This document shows, piece after piece, positions 10,340-23,240 of a DNA stretch of 64,000 bases; position 1 is the stretch's first letter; every line of letters begins with the position of its first letter. The stretch is from Bispira polyomma (lineage: Eukaryota). The stretch spans positions 22,382,001-22,446,000 of the forward strand of contig OZ287752.1 in the NCBI GenBank assembly GCA_965649765.1, written 5' to 3'. The notes beneath the pieces were generated by a model that did no database searches, was not told where the DNA came from, and saw only the letters and a list, made by a program, of their open reading frames with translations. A program made the position numbers and the translations under genes.

Positions 10340-12470
10340 CATGTGTCTATTTCCGAACCTATAAGTTACAACAAAAAAAAATGTGTCCACCTGTCTACCT
10401 ACAACCTAAAAAACAATTGTCTCTCTGTCGGTCTGCCTACAAATAACTTACAAAAAAAAATTATCTGTCAATCTGTTGAACAAACATTTACCTGTTTATC
10501 TGTTAACCTAACTTGTCAGTTACAAAAAAAAACAATTATCTGTCAACCTGTTTACCTATAACTTAAAAAAAATAGAAAACGGTTTTTGATAACAAAAACA
10601 AAGCGTCCCTGAAGTTGAAATAATAATGAAGTTGTTGAGTGTACAAATTGTTTTAAAAGTTAACATATAAGCAGAATCAGCCTTTTTGGTCGAAAAATGA
10701 GCTCAAAATCATTCTAGCTAGCACCGCTTCCATTATAACAGAAATTTTTTCAAAAGTTCACATATAAACAGAATCAGCCCTATGGTTTGAAAATGAGCTC
10801 GAAATCACTATTTAGCGGAACAAACATTTTCGAAAAGACACAAAAATTCAAAATGGCTGCCAAAATTGAATTTTTTTAAAAAGTTTACACATAAGCAGAA
10901 TAAACCCTGTGGGTTGAAAATGAGCTTGAAATTGGTCTATCTAGCCCCGTTTCTGAGATAACGGACATTTTCGAAAAAGATGCAAAAATTCAAGATGGTT
11001 GTCAAAATCGACACTTTTGGGAAAAGTTCACATATAACGATAATTAGCCCTATGGGTCGAAAATGAACTCGAAATCGCTCTATCTGGCACAGTTTCTGGG
11101 ATAATGGATGTTTACAAAACATATGAATTTTTCAAAATTTAAAAAAATTAAATCATTTTATATCAGTAAGGATAGCATATTTTCGGATTGGGTAAAAATA
11201 AATGAAAATTCAGGCTATTCTTTTAAAGTTACACGCTGCAAGTAATGGTCTAAATTTGAAAATAAATAAAACCCCCACTCGCTAAAAGAAGCATCGATCA
11301 ACACTTTTTCCCCTTTTTTGTATGATTGATTAACCCTGTCAATCAGTCAATTTTCACCAGATTGATATAAACATTTACAGACATCTATGCTTTGGTATTT
11401 GCAATGTACATGTCAAATTTTATTGAACTATGACAAGTACTTCAAAAGAAAAATTTTAAAAAGTGCAAGATAGAGCAAAATAGAGCAAACTACTCATTTG
11501 AAGTGCTCAGTACTAATTGAGTACTGGACTTAGAAGTGTGAGATTTTTACATCATACATAAAATCAAAACGTAGATGAATAACTTATACTAAGAAATAGC
11601 TGAAATCCCAATAGTTTCAGAGATAGCAAAAAAGTACCAATTTTTTGCATTTCAATAAAAAATAAATCAGTTAATTATAATCCAATTGATCTCAACACCG
11701 TCTCCCGTCCAACAAATTGCCTTACCAAGGGACATGCCAAATTGCATTGAGCTATGATAAATACTTTATGAGAAAACCTAGTGACAAGCACTTTTACAAC
11801 CCCAGGGCTACCCGACATTTAAGTAGGATAAATTTCAAACCCAAGAATTTGAAAAAAAAATTCCCACTTCTGGTTAACAAAACTGGCAAAAATAATTTTG
11901 ATGCGAATAATATTGAAGGAGATATTCAAGGAAGATCATGCGGCTGAGACAGCACCGAGGAAACTAGGGCTGAAACCAAATAAGCTTCCTTTTTAAGGGA
12001 CGCCTAATTATTATCGGTCTACCTGTCGACCTAAAAGCGAAATAAAAAATATTATATTTCGAACTGTAAACCTATAACAACAAAAAAATATACATATCTG
12101 TCTACCTATAACTTAAAAAACAATTATCTGTCTATCTGTCGACCTGTCTACTAATAACTTACAAAAAATATCTGTCTATCTGTCGTCCTGTAAGTTACAA
12201 AAAAAAAATATCCATTAAGTAACATAAACAAATATTATCTGTCAACCTATAAGTTACAAAAAACAAATTATCTGTCGAGTCGTCGACCTGTCTACCTATA
12301 GATTGAGAATTTTTATCTATCAATCTGTCTACCTAAAAGTAAAATAAAACAAAATTCATCTGTTCACCTGTCAACCTTAAAGTTACAAAAAAATGTTATC
12401 TGTCTATTTCTTGACCTGTCTACCTATAGCTTACAAATAAAAAATCTATCTGTCTACCTGACTCAAAAGG
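10340..12470 (+). repeat. Degenerate tctgtc(t/g)acc...ataagttacaaaaaa tandem array (10340-10570 and 12010-12470), split by a ~1.4-kb insertion
   Basis: The same motif family lies on both sides of the insert. The insert (10600-12008) has gcgtccct/agggacgc ends and four ~100-140-bp internal repeats starting at aaagtt(c/t/a)acatataa (near 10657, 10753, 10880, 11023). Confidence 0.6.
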
Positions 12471-13659
12471 TAAATCTTATTTTATAAACAAAACAAATAA
12501 ATATGTTAAACCAGAGGACACATCCAACCACAGTAACACCCATTCGAGATAAAAACACTTCTTAAAAGAAATAACCGCCATACACAGTGTTCAACTTTAA
12601 TAGTTACCAAATGAAAAACCAAAAGTTCCTGCTATAAAATTGTTATTCCAAAAAGGTGTTTCTCCCACATTGGAAGCTAGCACTAACTGACACCCAGTTC
12701 ATATCTGACCTCATATGGCTTATTCATATTGTGACAGATATAGCTTCTGTCAAATGGATAATTTTAAACTTTTAAAAATATTTATGAACAACCTTGAATG
12801 TGTTTCAGATGACCATTTACACATTTCCTCAATAGTGTTCTAATCAATCTTTACTCTTAAAATGACACTTCAGGTTACCTTAGATAAACATTATTATTAT
12901 TATTATGAATTTTTAACGCGCTTTATTGATGCTAGGCATCTTCTAAAGCGCAACAGCAGAATCATTGGTCCAATCATTAAGTCCATGGACATTGCATATG
13001 TCTAGTTTGCTCACACAATTCATTATGGTGTCGGTATTTTTTTCTCAGTGACTATTTTTTTAAACAGTAAGGAATCAAAAAGTCGCTCTTGTATCTGAAA
13101 TGAGCCAAATAAATAAAAGATGGCCAAAAATAACTGGTAAGGAATGCAAATTAGTCAAAAACATCTTAATTTAAGCAAATATTAACCTCAATTCTACCCA
13201 AAACACAACATTTTCTAGGTGGCGAATTCCAGATAGTGGTAAATTTTATATTCATTACAGCTGTAACCAAAGTTTGAATATATATGTTTTATATAATTCC
13301 AAACCTAATGTTTGTCATGTATATATGCCTTTTGAAACCTTCAATAGGGATTGTTTCCACAGAAAAAGAACATAATAAAATATTCAGTGATTGCTAGGTC
13401 AAAGGTTAAATCCTATTTTATAAACAAAATAAATAAATATATTAAAGCATCTGACTCGTCCCCAGTACCAACCACATGCAACTGCAAAGAATTAAGTTAA
13501 AATAATGAACGGAACTGGTAGTGCTGTCTACACCCAAAAAACCTATACCCAATACATGATCTCACAGGGCTCGACCATTCGAGATAAAAATAGTTGCAAA
13601 AGTAAAAAATCCATTTTGGAAAAATGTTTTCCATTGTTGAATCTCATTGTGTTACCTTC

Positions 13660-14570
13660 TAAACACTGAAACCTTTGAGGAATGATTATCTAGTCCTCTC
13701 TGGTATAACCATGGACTAACAAGTACTCTATTCTTCCCACATTGGTTTGAAAAGAATGTAATTTACATAGGGGATATAGTGGACCTAGTGTCAAGGAAGG
13801 TACTCAATTTTAAAGACGTAAAATCCAAATTTGGCTTGATCAAAGCGAACTACCTGGATTGGAATTAAATCTTTCGTAAATGAGTATTTAACTACATTGT
13901 AAAAGAATGACGCGGAGAGTTCATTTGTATCATATAAGATTTTTTTCCAAAAATAATAAGGGTAGTAGAATTCCATATTAAGTTTTAAATTTTTCAACAA
14001 AAGTGTTCTGCACATTTGTAATGACAAATGGAAAACATATTTTAATCTTAATATTGATATAAATAGTTGGAAGTTTGCATATGAAACTTGTTTTAGAACT
14101 GTGATAGATAATCGTATAATTTGGCTTCAATACCGTATCCTAATACGTCGTCTTAGAGTTTGAAGTTTTCTGAAACAAATCAAAATCTCGCAAGTCTAAA
14201 GTGTAGACTATGTAACTTAGAAGAAGAATTAATTATCCATTTGTAGGATGTAATGTGTCAAATGAAATATGGAAACAAATAACAAGCTGGATTTTAAATG
14301 TTTTAATATAAATATTACTTTTACTGACTACTTTGGTTTAATGGAATTCCCTTATTACGATTAAAACCAGTTAACACAATAATATTAGTGACAAAACATT
14401 ACCTTTTCCAATTTGCTCAATTAAATAAAAAAATATATTTTTATGTTATACAAAGAGTAATTAAATGAATATACAAAGAGCAGGAAATGCTTGCCAAGAT
14501 ACAATCAAATTTTGATAATTTCAGTAAAATAGGGAACAGATGGAAAATATTAATGGAACAATAAAATTGT
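13660..14570 (+). mobile_element. L1/Tx1-type LINE ORF2 3' remnant (zf-RVT region)
   Basis: TLFFPHWFEKNVIYIGDIVD; WKFAYETCFRTVIDNRIIWLQYRIL; decayed C..C...HL..C motif. Colinear with the 10050-10300 remnant. Confidence 0.65.
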
Positions 14571-15074
14571 CATATTAGAGATATTTTTTGTTTTGCGAGT
14601 ATCAATAAATATGTTTGTGATAGTAAACTACAATTTATGTTAGTTGTAACAGGTCAGTGTAGCCTTTAATCCCTTGTCCTAAACTGTGTCTGCAGACTTC
14701 AAAGGGAAATAAAGAAATAAAAATATTAAAAGAAAGTAAGATGATAGTCCCCTCTGAAATTTTCAGACTTAAAACATTGAAGGTTTTACAGTTATCAGTA
14801 CTGTGTCTTTGGTGTCCAGTTCCCAGTATTAAGGTAGATAAATTTTGACCTTGAGATATTAACTAAGATCAAGCAATAATGGCCTAAAGGGTTTGGATGT
14901 AAATTTAAGGCTGTCATTTTTCGTCTGCAGTTCAGTAAGAGTAATATAAGAGTATTGACATATTAGATGGATAAAGTTACTTTATAGTTATACTGAATTT
15001 CGTTATGTAGTTATGCCAAAATATCCTTGGGTATATAGTTTTTAAGTTGCTGTAAAGAGATAGCATAAACTTAC

Positions 15075-15449
15075 CCATAATCTGTTGTAGCAGTAGCGTA
15101 TCGTCTTCATATTCTATAGCACCAACTCTGACTCTACATGCAAACATTTTCTCCTCATCTTCACTTTTATTCACATGAATGACCAGTTGATGCTCCACGT
15201 CTGTGTACTTGTAGTCCTGTATTCTACTATAATATTTTATATTGTCTTGTGCAGCATGTGTAACATTGTTGTATATGTATATGATTGAACCACTGGCTGT
15301 CCACTGTACCTCTAACGCAGACACATTAAAGGCACATTTAAGGGTGATATTCTGGCCATCAAGTACATAGTATTTATCTGGGTGTTGTGACTGTAAGTAT
15401 GTTGTACTAAAGGTCAATGTCACGGCTGCTGTTATTGTAGCAATTGGTC
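15075..15449 (-). CDS. Gene A exon 2: Ig V-like domain 1
   Basis: ttctag acceptor and gtaagt donor; 375 bp, phase 1-1; GQNITLKCAF...EVQW...HQLVIH...FACRV. Confidence 0.88.
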
Positions 15450-15633
15450 CTAGAAGTTTAAAATATAATTTATACATTGGCGCAAACTTAAAATGGTTTA
15501 GTTAATTATTAGTAACATCATATCCGAATTAATGAATGAGTATCGTACTTTAATATTCTATGATACAACTTTACATAACACAAGTACAAGTGAATATTTA
15601 GAAATAACTGGTAGCTATTTAAATATTACTTAC

Positions 15634-15679
15634 CAATAAATATGAAATAAATAAGAAATATATTCAAATATAAATCCAT
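15634..15679 (-). CDS. Gene A exon 1: signal peptide MDLYLNIFLIYFIFIG
   Basis: ATG at 15679, hydrophobic 15-mer, gtaagt donor in phase 1 matching exon 2. Confidence 0.8.
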
Positions 15680-16062
15680 TTCACGATTGTACAATTAAGA
15701 TATGTCTCAAGCAGTTCATTATTGGCTAACTTCCTGGCTCTCTATGTAATGCACACTTGTAGGATTTTTTTGTCAAAAGGGAGTTTTTAAATGCCACATA
15801 CCTGTCCATTTGACATTAAAAAAGACCTGCACATGCTTTCAGTTATTACCAATTTTAGTAGCAGTAATACATTTCCCCTGTAATAGCTTACTAGGTAATG
15901 TGGCTTGGATACCTAAAATGTACTCGTATAAGTATTATCCAATCTGTTAAACAATCGTCTGAAAAGTTCCCGTGTGAAAACTATTGAACCATATCTTGTA
16001 TATAATACATAGTTGCAGTGTTGAATCCACCGTTGTTTAACGACATACATGTAAAGATTAAA
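15680..16062. promoter_or_regulatory. Putative bidirectional promoter / 5' UTR region between divergent Ig genes A and B
   Basis: Only 383 bp separate the two outward-facing start codons. Inferred from geometry alone. Confidence 0.5.
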
Positions 16063-16126
16063 ATGGTTTTTATAAAGACATGGAGCAGCATTTTTCAGGG
16101 ATATATTATCTTTTTGTTTGTCACAG
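16063..16126 (+). CDS. Gene B exon 1: signal peptide MVFIKTWSSIFQGYIIFLFVT
   Basis: ATG at 16063, hydrophobic core, ag|gtatgc donor in phase 1. Confidence 0.75.
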
Positions 16127-16220
16127 GTATGCCAACTATTTTTTTAAATTATTATATATTACTGTTATCTATCAATGATGTAGTATTTATCTAATAATTT
16201 TCTCATTTTATTTTCAATAG

Positions 16221-16532
16221 ACACAGTTGGCCAAGATGAGACAGTGAACCGTTTTATTGGATGTAGCACTGAACTACCACCAGCTGACAGCAGCAGTGAT
16301 CTTGTGGGTGACTTTCAGACATGGTATAAAGACAGCGCTACTACTAGCAATTTAATATTGGCATATGAAACTGCCACAAAAACTTTACATGAAGGAGCCG
16401 CATATGACGACAACTATGGCTTTGATGTCACAACAGGAAATCTCATTATACATAAGGTCACCGCAGACCATGCCGATACATACCACTTTAGCCAAGGAAT
16501 CCATACTTATGTGGTCATTTTAGCGCTGTCAG
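16221..16532 (+). CDS. Gene B exon 2: Ig V-like domain lacking canonical cysteines
   Basis: tcaatag acceptor and gtaaac donor; 312 bp, phase 1-1; FQTWYK (C-strand W) and GNLIIHKVTADHADTYHF (E-F motif, with F in place of C). Confidence 0.8.
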
Positions 16533-16734
16533 GTAAACTTTCAAACGGTCATTAAAACCTATTTATAATTATAAAATTAGTATTTGTTATTCAATTTAAC
16601 TGAAATGATGGCGATTCATGAATTTGTGTGATAATTAAAAATATCACTATCAAGTAATACTAAACAAAATTATAGATGTGTTACCATTATTGCAATTGAA
16701 ATTATATATTTGTAATGTATTTCATTTATACTAG

Positions 16735-17040
16735 ATCTAGGGAGTGTATGGGAAAACAGATTAAATGTTGTGGTTGACGACGTGTTCCTCTCCGAGACTA
16801 CGTACAGTTTATCTGTTAGTGTCAATGATAATATTAGTATTTCTGCAACTACCATCGAAGTGACCGAGGCTGGCTGGCCCGACATAATCTGGACAAATGT
16901 AACTGAAACTATCAAGACAGATATCCTTGGATCTGAAAGCTTTGAAATAGACAGAACACATGGTGTCTACTATATATCAGTGAAGTCAGAACTATGCAAT
17001 GAAGAAAGTGATACATTCACCCTCATGCTTGAAGTTACGG
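16735..17040 (+). CDS. Gene B exon 3: second Ig-like domain lacking canonical cysteines
   Basis: ctag acceptor (alternative in-frame acceptor at 16741) and gtaagc donor; phase 1-1; NDNISISA...WPDIIWTN...HGVYYISV...FTLMLEV. Confidence 0.75.
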
Positions 17041-19399
17041 GTAAGCTGTACATTTTTTCAATCTTAGAAATACACACATACTGGCTCATTTGTATTTTGA
17101 AAGATGGAGTAGTGCAAGGAATGTATGTCTAACTGACAATTTAGAAAAGCAGACACAGATTACCATCCCTAGTGATAAACCACCAAAATCCGGGGGGGGG
17201 TAAACATTTTCCATTTTATGGTGAACCTTGGCGCTCTCTCAAGCAACAAGTGTGCACTATTTTATTATTTTATCTCTCTGTGTACACATCATCTGTAGTC
17301 AGTGCCCATGTTTGAAACTGAAGGTCAGTTGAAGGTCAATTGAAGGTCAAGTAATTAGATGGAAAAGGGTAGTAAAAGATTTCATTTGAGGCATTATTTT
17401 TCTACATATTAGTATATATTTACAGTATATTACAAATGGTTAAAATCCACTCCTAAAACTTTAACTTCTTTAAAAATTTTAAAGCCCCCCAACTAAGGGT
17501 ACTACAGTATCATAACAAAGTATATGACTAGCCATTATTAATACAGGACTAGCCTCACAAATAAAATGTATAATCAAGGTATATTTAAACAATAATATCA
17601 AGAAACGTCATCATTTCAATGATAATACATACGTAAACCACATTAACTAGTGTCCTAAAAAGAAGGTTTGTTCACTGGAAAAATACTAAACATTAAAAAT
17701 AGCCACAAATTGAATGCTATACTTCCGTTTTGTTAGACCAGTATTTATCAATAATTTTTTACTTGCTAGTAATTATCACTTCATAAAACCTTCTAGGGGA
17801 GTGAGGAGAAAACTAGCTTGAATCTATTGATATAACACAAGATATTAGTAGATTTAAAAATACAGCAGGCCGAGTTTATTGTTTACAGTCGTAATATAAT
17901 TAATACAATTTTATTTAATTTGAATATGCATTACAATATACATTCAGGCATTCTAATATATATGTTCCACCCCAATTGTGAAATTGTTCATTTCATAAAA
18001 TGAACAAGAAAATTGCCTATTTTGTTAAATGAGCAACCAAACGGTACATTTCATAAAAAGGGCAGTTTTGCCGCAGGCTCCCGGTTCCAACCCAAAATGA
18101 ACTATCACTTGATAAGAAACTTCAGTAACTTTGTAAGAATTTAATCATTTGGTCATTAGATTATTAGGATTCAAACATTAAGGGTCATTTGGTCATTAGG
18201 ATTCAAACATTAAGGGAACATTTAACACTCTGAATGATCATAATAGCATCATGGTGTAAGATGAGGAAAATTGATATCACATGGAAATGTCAACCAGTGA
18301 TTTGGCACGTGAAACCCATAATTTCAAGTTTTCATGTTTATGACAGAATTAAGTCATAAAACAAAGCTGAAATAGTGTGTTAAAACATAGATATATGGGC
18401 CGTTTATAAAGTAAATCACTGTTTGTGTTTCAGAAATATAAAGTTCAAATTCAAAAGGTTGTATTCGTTTTCCCTGAACTGCATCCTCTACAGCACTTCT
18501 GCTATCATTTTAGACAGATTTTTTTACAGGCACAATTGATTATAAATACACACACACCACAAACAATCCAAACCAACCATTTTTAAGGAAAAAATTGGAA
18601 ATTGTTTTCGCAATGAATGTGATTGTATAGGCATATATGTCAAAACTTTGTGTAGGTCAGAGTAAGACTTTGTGTGTACTACTTGTGGATTTTTATGTGG
18701 GAAAGTGGGACATTAAGGCCACAAAACCAAGCATAACCATGCACACACCGCATCTGTGTGTTTGCCTTTGTACTACTCTATCTTAAAATACATAAGACAC
18801 TAATGATTCAAAATAATTTAGTTAGACAATTACTATAATTAAGCATCCACAATGGGTGAAGGAGCGTTATTTTTTTCATATGTTATTTTCAACGCCGTTG
18901 CACAAGGTTTGTTATCTCGTTCAGATCCATTTTTCCCATTTTTATGGTCAACTGCAACTTTTGTAACGAAAAAAACCTCTGATATCTTCACAAGTCAAGT
19001 GTTGTAAAACATTCATAATTTCCAATGTTTTCTTGTGATTTTGTTTTCCAAACCTTTTTTCTAAATGTTAATGACATGACTTGTTTACAAACCTTTTCAA
19101 AAATTTATAGGTTATTTCAACCAATATATAGATTGAATAGTATGTGTAGCTTATAACAGATCAAATAATTTTTTATCAGTTTTTCATCCCTCATTGATGA
19201 ACTCCTGCCAGCCTTCTCATGTGTGTTTGTGAAATTATTTTAAAATTCAAATTTCAAACACTTCTGGTACTATAGCTTTCATTTCTTTGTAGATTTTTTG
19301 GTGGGAGGGTAATCCATTTAATTGAAGGCTTTACATGTCTCAGTTTAAGATCACCTTTAAATTAGTAAATGTTTTTTATATTTCCTGCACATATTTGAG

Positions 19400-19592
19400 T
19401 GCCGCGATGGCCCAGTGGTTATAAGCATCAGTTTTGAAGGTTCTCCACTGAAACCAGCGGCCTACAGTAAGGAGCTACCACCTTTCCCACATAGACATCG
19501 ACGGGAGGCGAACTTGCGACCATTGGATTTCCAGAGGTGAGAGGCCAGTGATTTTAAAGCTGGCGCTTCTGACCACTAGGCCACTGCGACCC
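19400..19592 (-). mobile_element. tRNA-derived SINE family 1, 3'-truncated, with an inverted copy of its own head
   Basis: 19438-19592 aligns with 43388-43538 (cagtaagga.ctaccacctttcccacatag); 19400-19435 is a + strand head, gccgcgatggcccagtggtt. Confidence 0.8.
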
Positions 19593-22029
19593 TCTACATA
19601 TGCGTCTAACCCAATATCACACATATAGTGCTGTTCCACAATCTCTGTTATCCTAAGGGCTTAGGGCCCCTAGGGCTTCCTGAAGATTACTAAGTAATTA
19701 GTTTGCAGGCACTGTTATATACTTTCTGTATGCAACATTTACACAGTATAAAATTCTTACAAGAGTAATGTTCAAGACAGAGTTTCACATATTCTTTATG
19801 GTATAACATATATTACACGGAACTGAGTTTGGAACCCAGGGCCAACGACACAATCGCCTAGCAGAGACAGGTTTCCCCTTGCAAAGCTCCTAAAGGTAGA
19901 AACACACTAGACCGCATCTTGATCAGGATCCGTATAATTATCCGAAAACAGATATTATCTGTTTCGTATTTACACTGGACAGAAAATTTGGCCATATCAT
20001 GTAGGGATCTGGGTCCCTCAAAAATATTAAATAAAATCTGTGTAAATTTTATACAAACCGGCTCTGCAGATCTGTTTTCTGTTTAAACGCTTAAACTGTT
20101 TTATTTTTGTCAAAATTATATGGATCCACAATACGGATCTGGATCTGGCCTGTATGAATGTGCCTCCCTGGTTGTCCATCCACACTCAGGGGGTAGTTTA
20201 GAGGGGAACCTGGCTGCTCACGGCCCAGAGTTCAAACTTAAATTTTTGAATATGTTTAAAATGTTTAATATTATCTTTCAAATGAAGGAGCCAAAGGGAT
20301 GGAAAATCTAAAATTCCAATGTTAACCTGTTGGAATCTTATTTAAAATGGTGCCAGAACATGGGACAGCATACACAAATTCAGATAGGGGTTTTTGGTTA
20401 TTAATTGTATGGGGGAATGGATAGAACTATAAACAAACAAGAACGCTTTTAGCAATAATGATTTTTATGGGATGGCAAATTGACACAGCAGTCCCCTAAA
20501 GTGGTCATGCTAGTCAATTTACAGTAAAATGTCGTTTTATACTTATTAAAGCAACTAATATGATATGACGATCTGGGTATCCGTTCAGATTTGACCTAGG
20601 ATCCGTCCTTTAGATTTGGTTGTCAATACTTATAGATCCAATTATTGACAGGCAGGTAAAATGTGTGCTTATTCTAGTCACCTATTACTACTATGTACGG
20701 CAAGAGATAAAGTCAAGGTCAGTGGTTTTAGTATTGATAAAATAGCCTTGGTGAGTTGTGAAAGGGTATCAGTAAATACAATGTTTTAACATGAAGCTTA
20801 CCTTTGCGGAAAACAGGTGTAGATTGATATTTAGGCTAAGCTTCTGAACTTTGTTTTCCCTTGATAGCAAAGCTAGTTTTTGCAGGTCAATATTTTAATA
20901 AAATCTACTGCTACATTATTATTTACAACACCATTTAAGTGCAGACTTATAAATGCAAACTAAAGGTGATCCTAAACTCCTTAAGGTCACCTTAACTTGG
21001 GCATCAGGTTACGGTAGATTTGCTTTAAGTTTAAGAATTAATATAACATTACCTTAAAATGTTTAAAATGACCTTAGGTCATTGAATTTAAGTTCACCTT
21101 AAGATGTTTAAGGTGACTCTAGATAAAATGAATTTAAACCGTATATGTTCTATTTTAGGGGGGAATTTTATAGGTTTATATATAAAGTGGTAGCGAGAAG
21201 GTTGTATTAGTAGGTAAGCACCATATCATTAACTATATTACTATGAGTTAATTATAGCAGTATTTACTAGGTGTTAGTGTTATTGGCACATTGAAGTTTA
21301 AAAATGGACCTAACAAGATCACAGAATTAGATAACAATTTTAAGAGAGGAATCTTGGAGAATAACCATAATTTTAGTCCTTACCATTACCTTCAAAGTGT
21401 AATGAAAAATCTGGACATCAAGCTACTGGCCAGCAGAGTTGGCTTAATGCTAATCATAGTAACTATATGTATGTACCCAAGACAAAGCAATATCCCAGAT
21501 TTTATCCGCACATTGTTAAAACCCTAAATATTAGACCAAACTGTGAAATATGCTAGTGCTGTATATAAATACTTTCTCAATAGTTATTAAACTCTTAACA
21601 ACCCGATGAACTTATTGGGCTTAATTAAATAATGATCACTATAAATACATTTTACATCATTTTCCATGTTGTAGGATTGTAGATATTTTGTATCTTTGAC
21701 TGTGTATTGGTTAAATATACTGACAGACGGTTCTTATTGTTGTTATTTGTCAAATATTATCTCCTAAAGCATCCAACATCATAATTTCTGGATATAGCAA
21801 GGTCAGCATACAAAATAAACACCTTATTAGAGGATACATACACAGTGATACGATGTCACTGATAGGATGTATTGCTTTGTGGATACACACCTTGACTTCT
21901 AACTTAAATTGTGGCTTTCTTTTTTCAACTTTACAACATTTGGTACAATTCTAATGCGTTGACCTAGTGTTAGTGTGACCTTGTGTTCAAGTTATGTTTG
22001 TGTTGACCTTGTGTTTGTATCGTGTGACA

Positions 22030-23240
22030 ATATCCTATATGTATATCTGTACAAATCCGTATCATCAGTTCCTTCCATGGTAGATTCCTTTTTAGTGAGT
22101 TGTCCTTCAGGTACTGCCGGTACTGCTTCCACAATTTACCTCTGGTGTGCTCTGTAAGTCTGCCATGTCTAGTCCAGCCCTCTAGGCATCAGGTATAACA
22201 CCTTGGCCATCATGGACTGTCGGGTACTTTTTCCGCATGATACTATGCAATACCACGCAAGCAAGAACAGAATCTGTTTGACGAAATTCCAAAAGCATTT
22301 CCAACAATATATGATTTGCCCAGGATAGTCTATAGTTAAAAATGCAGTCTGCATCTGAGAGACGTTTGGCTGTGAATGACTTCATCATCCAAGTCTTTAT
22401 ACCAAATACACCGTGAGCAACCAGGAGTTATGGTATGTCCCTATCATCAGTGAAAATGTTTCAGCAGCTGGAAAACCAATTAAACCATCTGTTATAACAT
22501 TCTTCAGATCACAGTCATTAAGCACCTGGACATCTGAGCAACAAACATTACTGTCGACATCCACCCATAAGAAGTTGTAGTTAACGTCTACCAGAGCCAG
22601 CAGAATAAGAGAATAAAGCCCCTTGTAATTGTAATAGTTTGAGGGACACTTTATGACAACATGCTTCCCATCTAGAGCTCCAATGGCGTGGTGGAAATTC
22701 CATCGACTACAAAAGAGTGCTGACTACTCTTTCCATCCATTGGGTGTGCTTAGGCATAAAATCATTTATGTTCGGTAGCCCTCAATGAGGGCTTCACAGA
22801 TGTCATGAACGATGGTGGAAATGGTGTTATGGCAACACTAAATCTGTAAATCAGGCTTTTATATGAGTTCCGGGAGGCTAGATAACCAAGTGAAATGGCC
22901 AACTTCAAACCAGGTGGCAATGGTTGCGGGTAAAAGGTACTTTTTTCTCTATCAAAGACCCCACTTTTTCAAGAAGCTCTGTAAGCAGCTCTGGCTCTTC
23001 TTGGATTCTTAAAGGCAGTCATGTCTTCATGCTCTAGCTCATACATTAAGTTTTTATACTGGCCAAAATTAGACCTCATCAGCAACTAGGGTCGGACCCA
23101 GTAGGCTCTTCTTCTCTGTCTTCCAATAACAGGCCTTATTCTCAAGTAGTGCAGATAGCTACATTGTTATTCTGGTTAATATAATTGAACTGCATGAAGC
23201 CCTGCGGCAATGCAACATGTAGAGCTGGCTGTCTGTTCAT
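22030..23240 (-). pseudogene. Harbinger (HARBI1-like, DDE_Tnp_4) transposase relic
   Basis: NFHHAIGALDGKHVVIK...YYNYKGF...LLALVDVNYNFLWVDV; IFNYRLS; VLACVVLH. Many stops and frameshifts. Confidence 0.88.

Noticed and set aside
19905-20170. MITE with gatc.ggatccgtat inverted ends
   Set aside because: The inverted match is short and degenerate, and no termini or TSD could be fixed.
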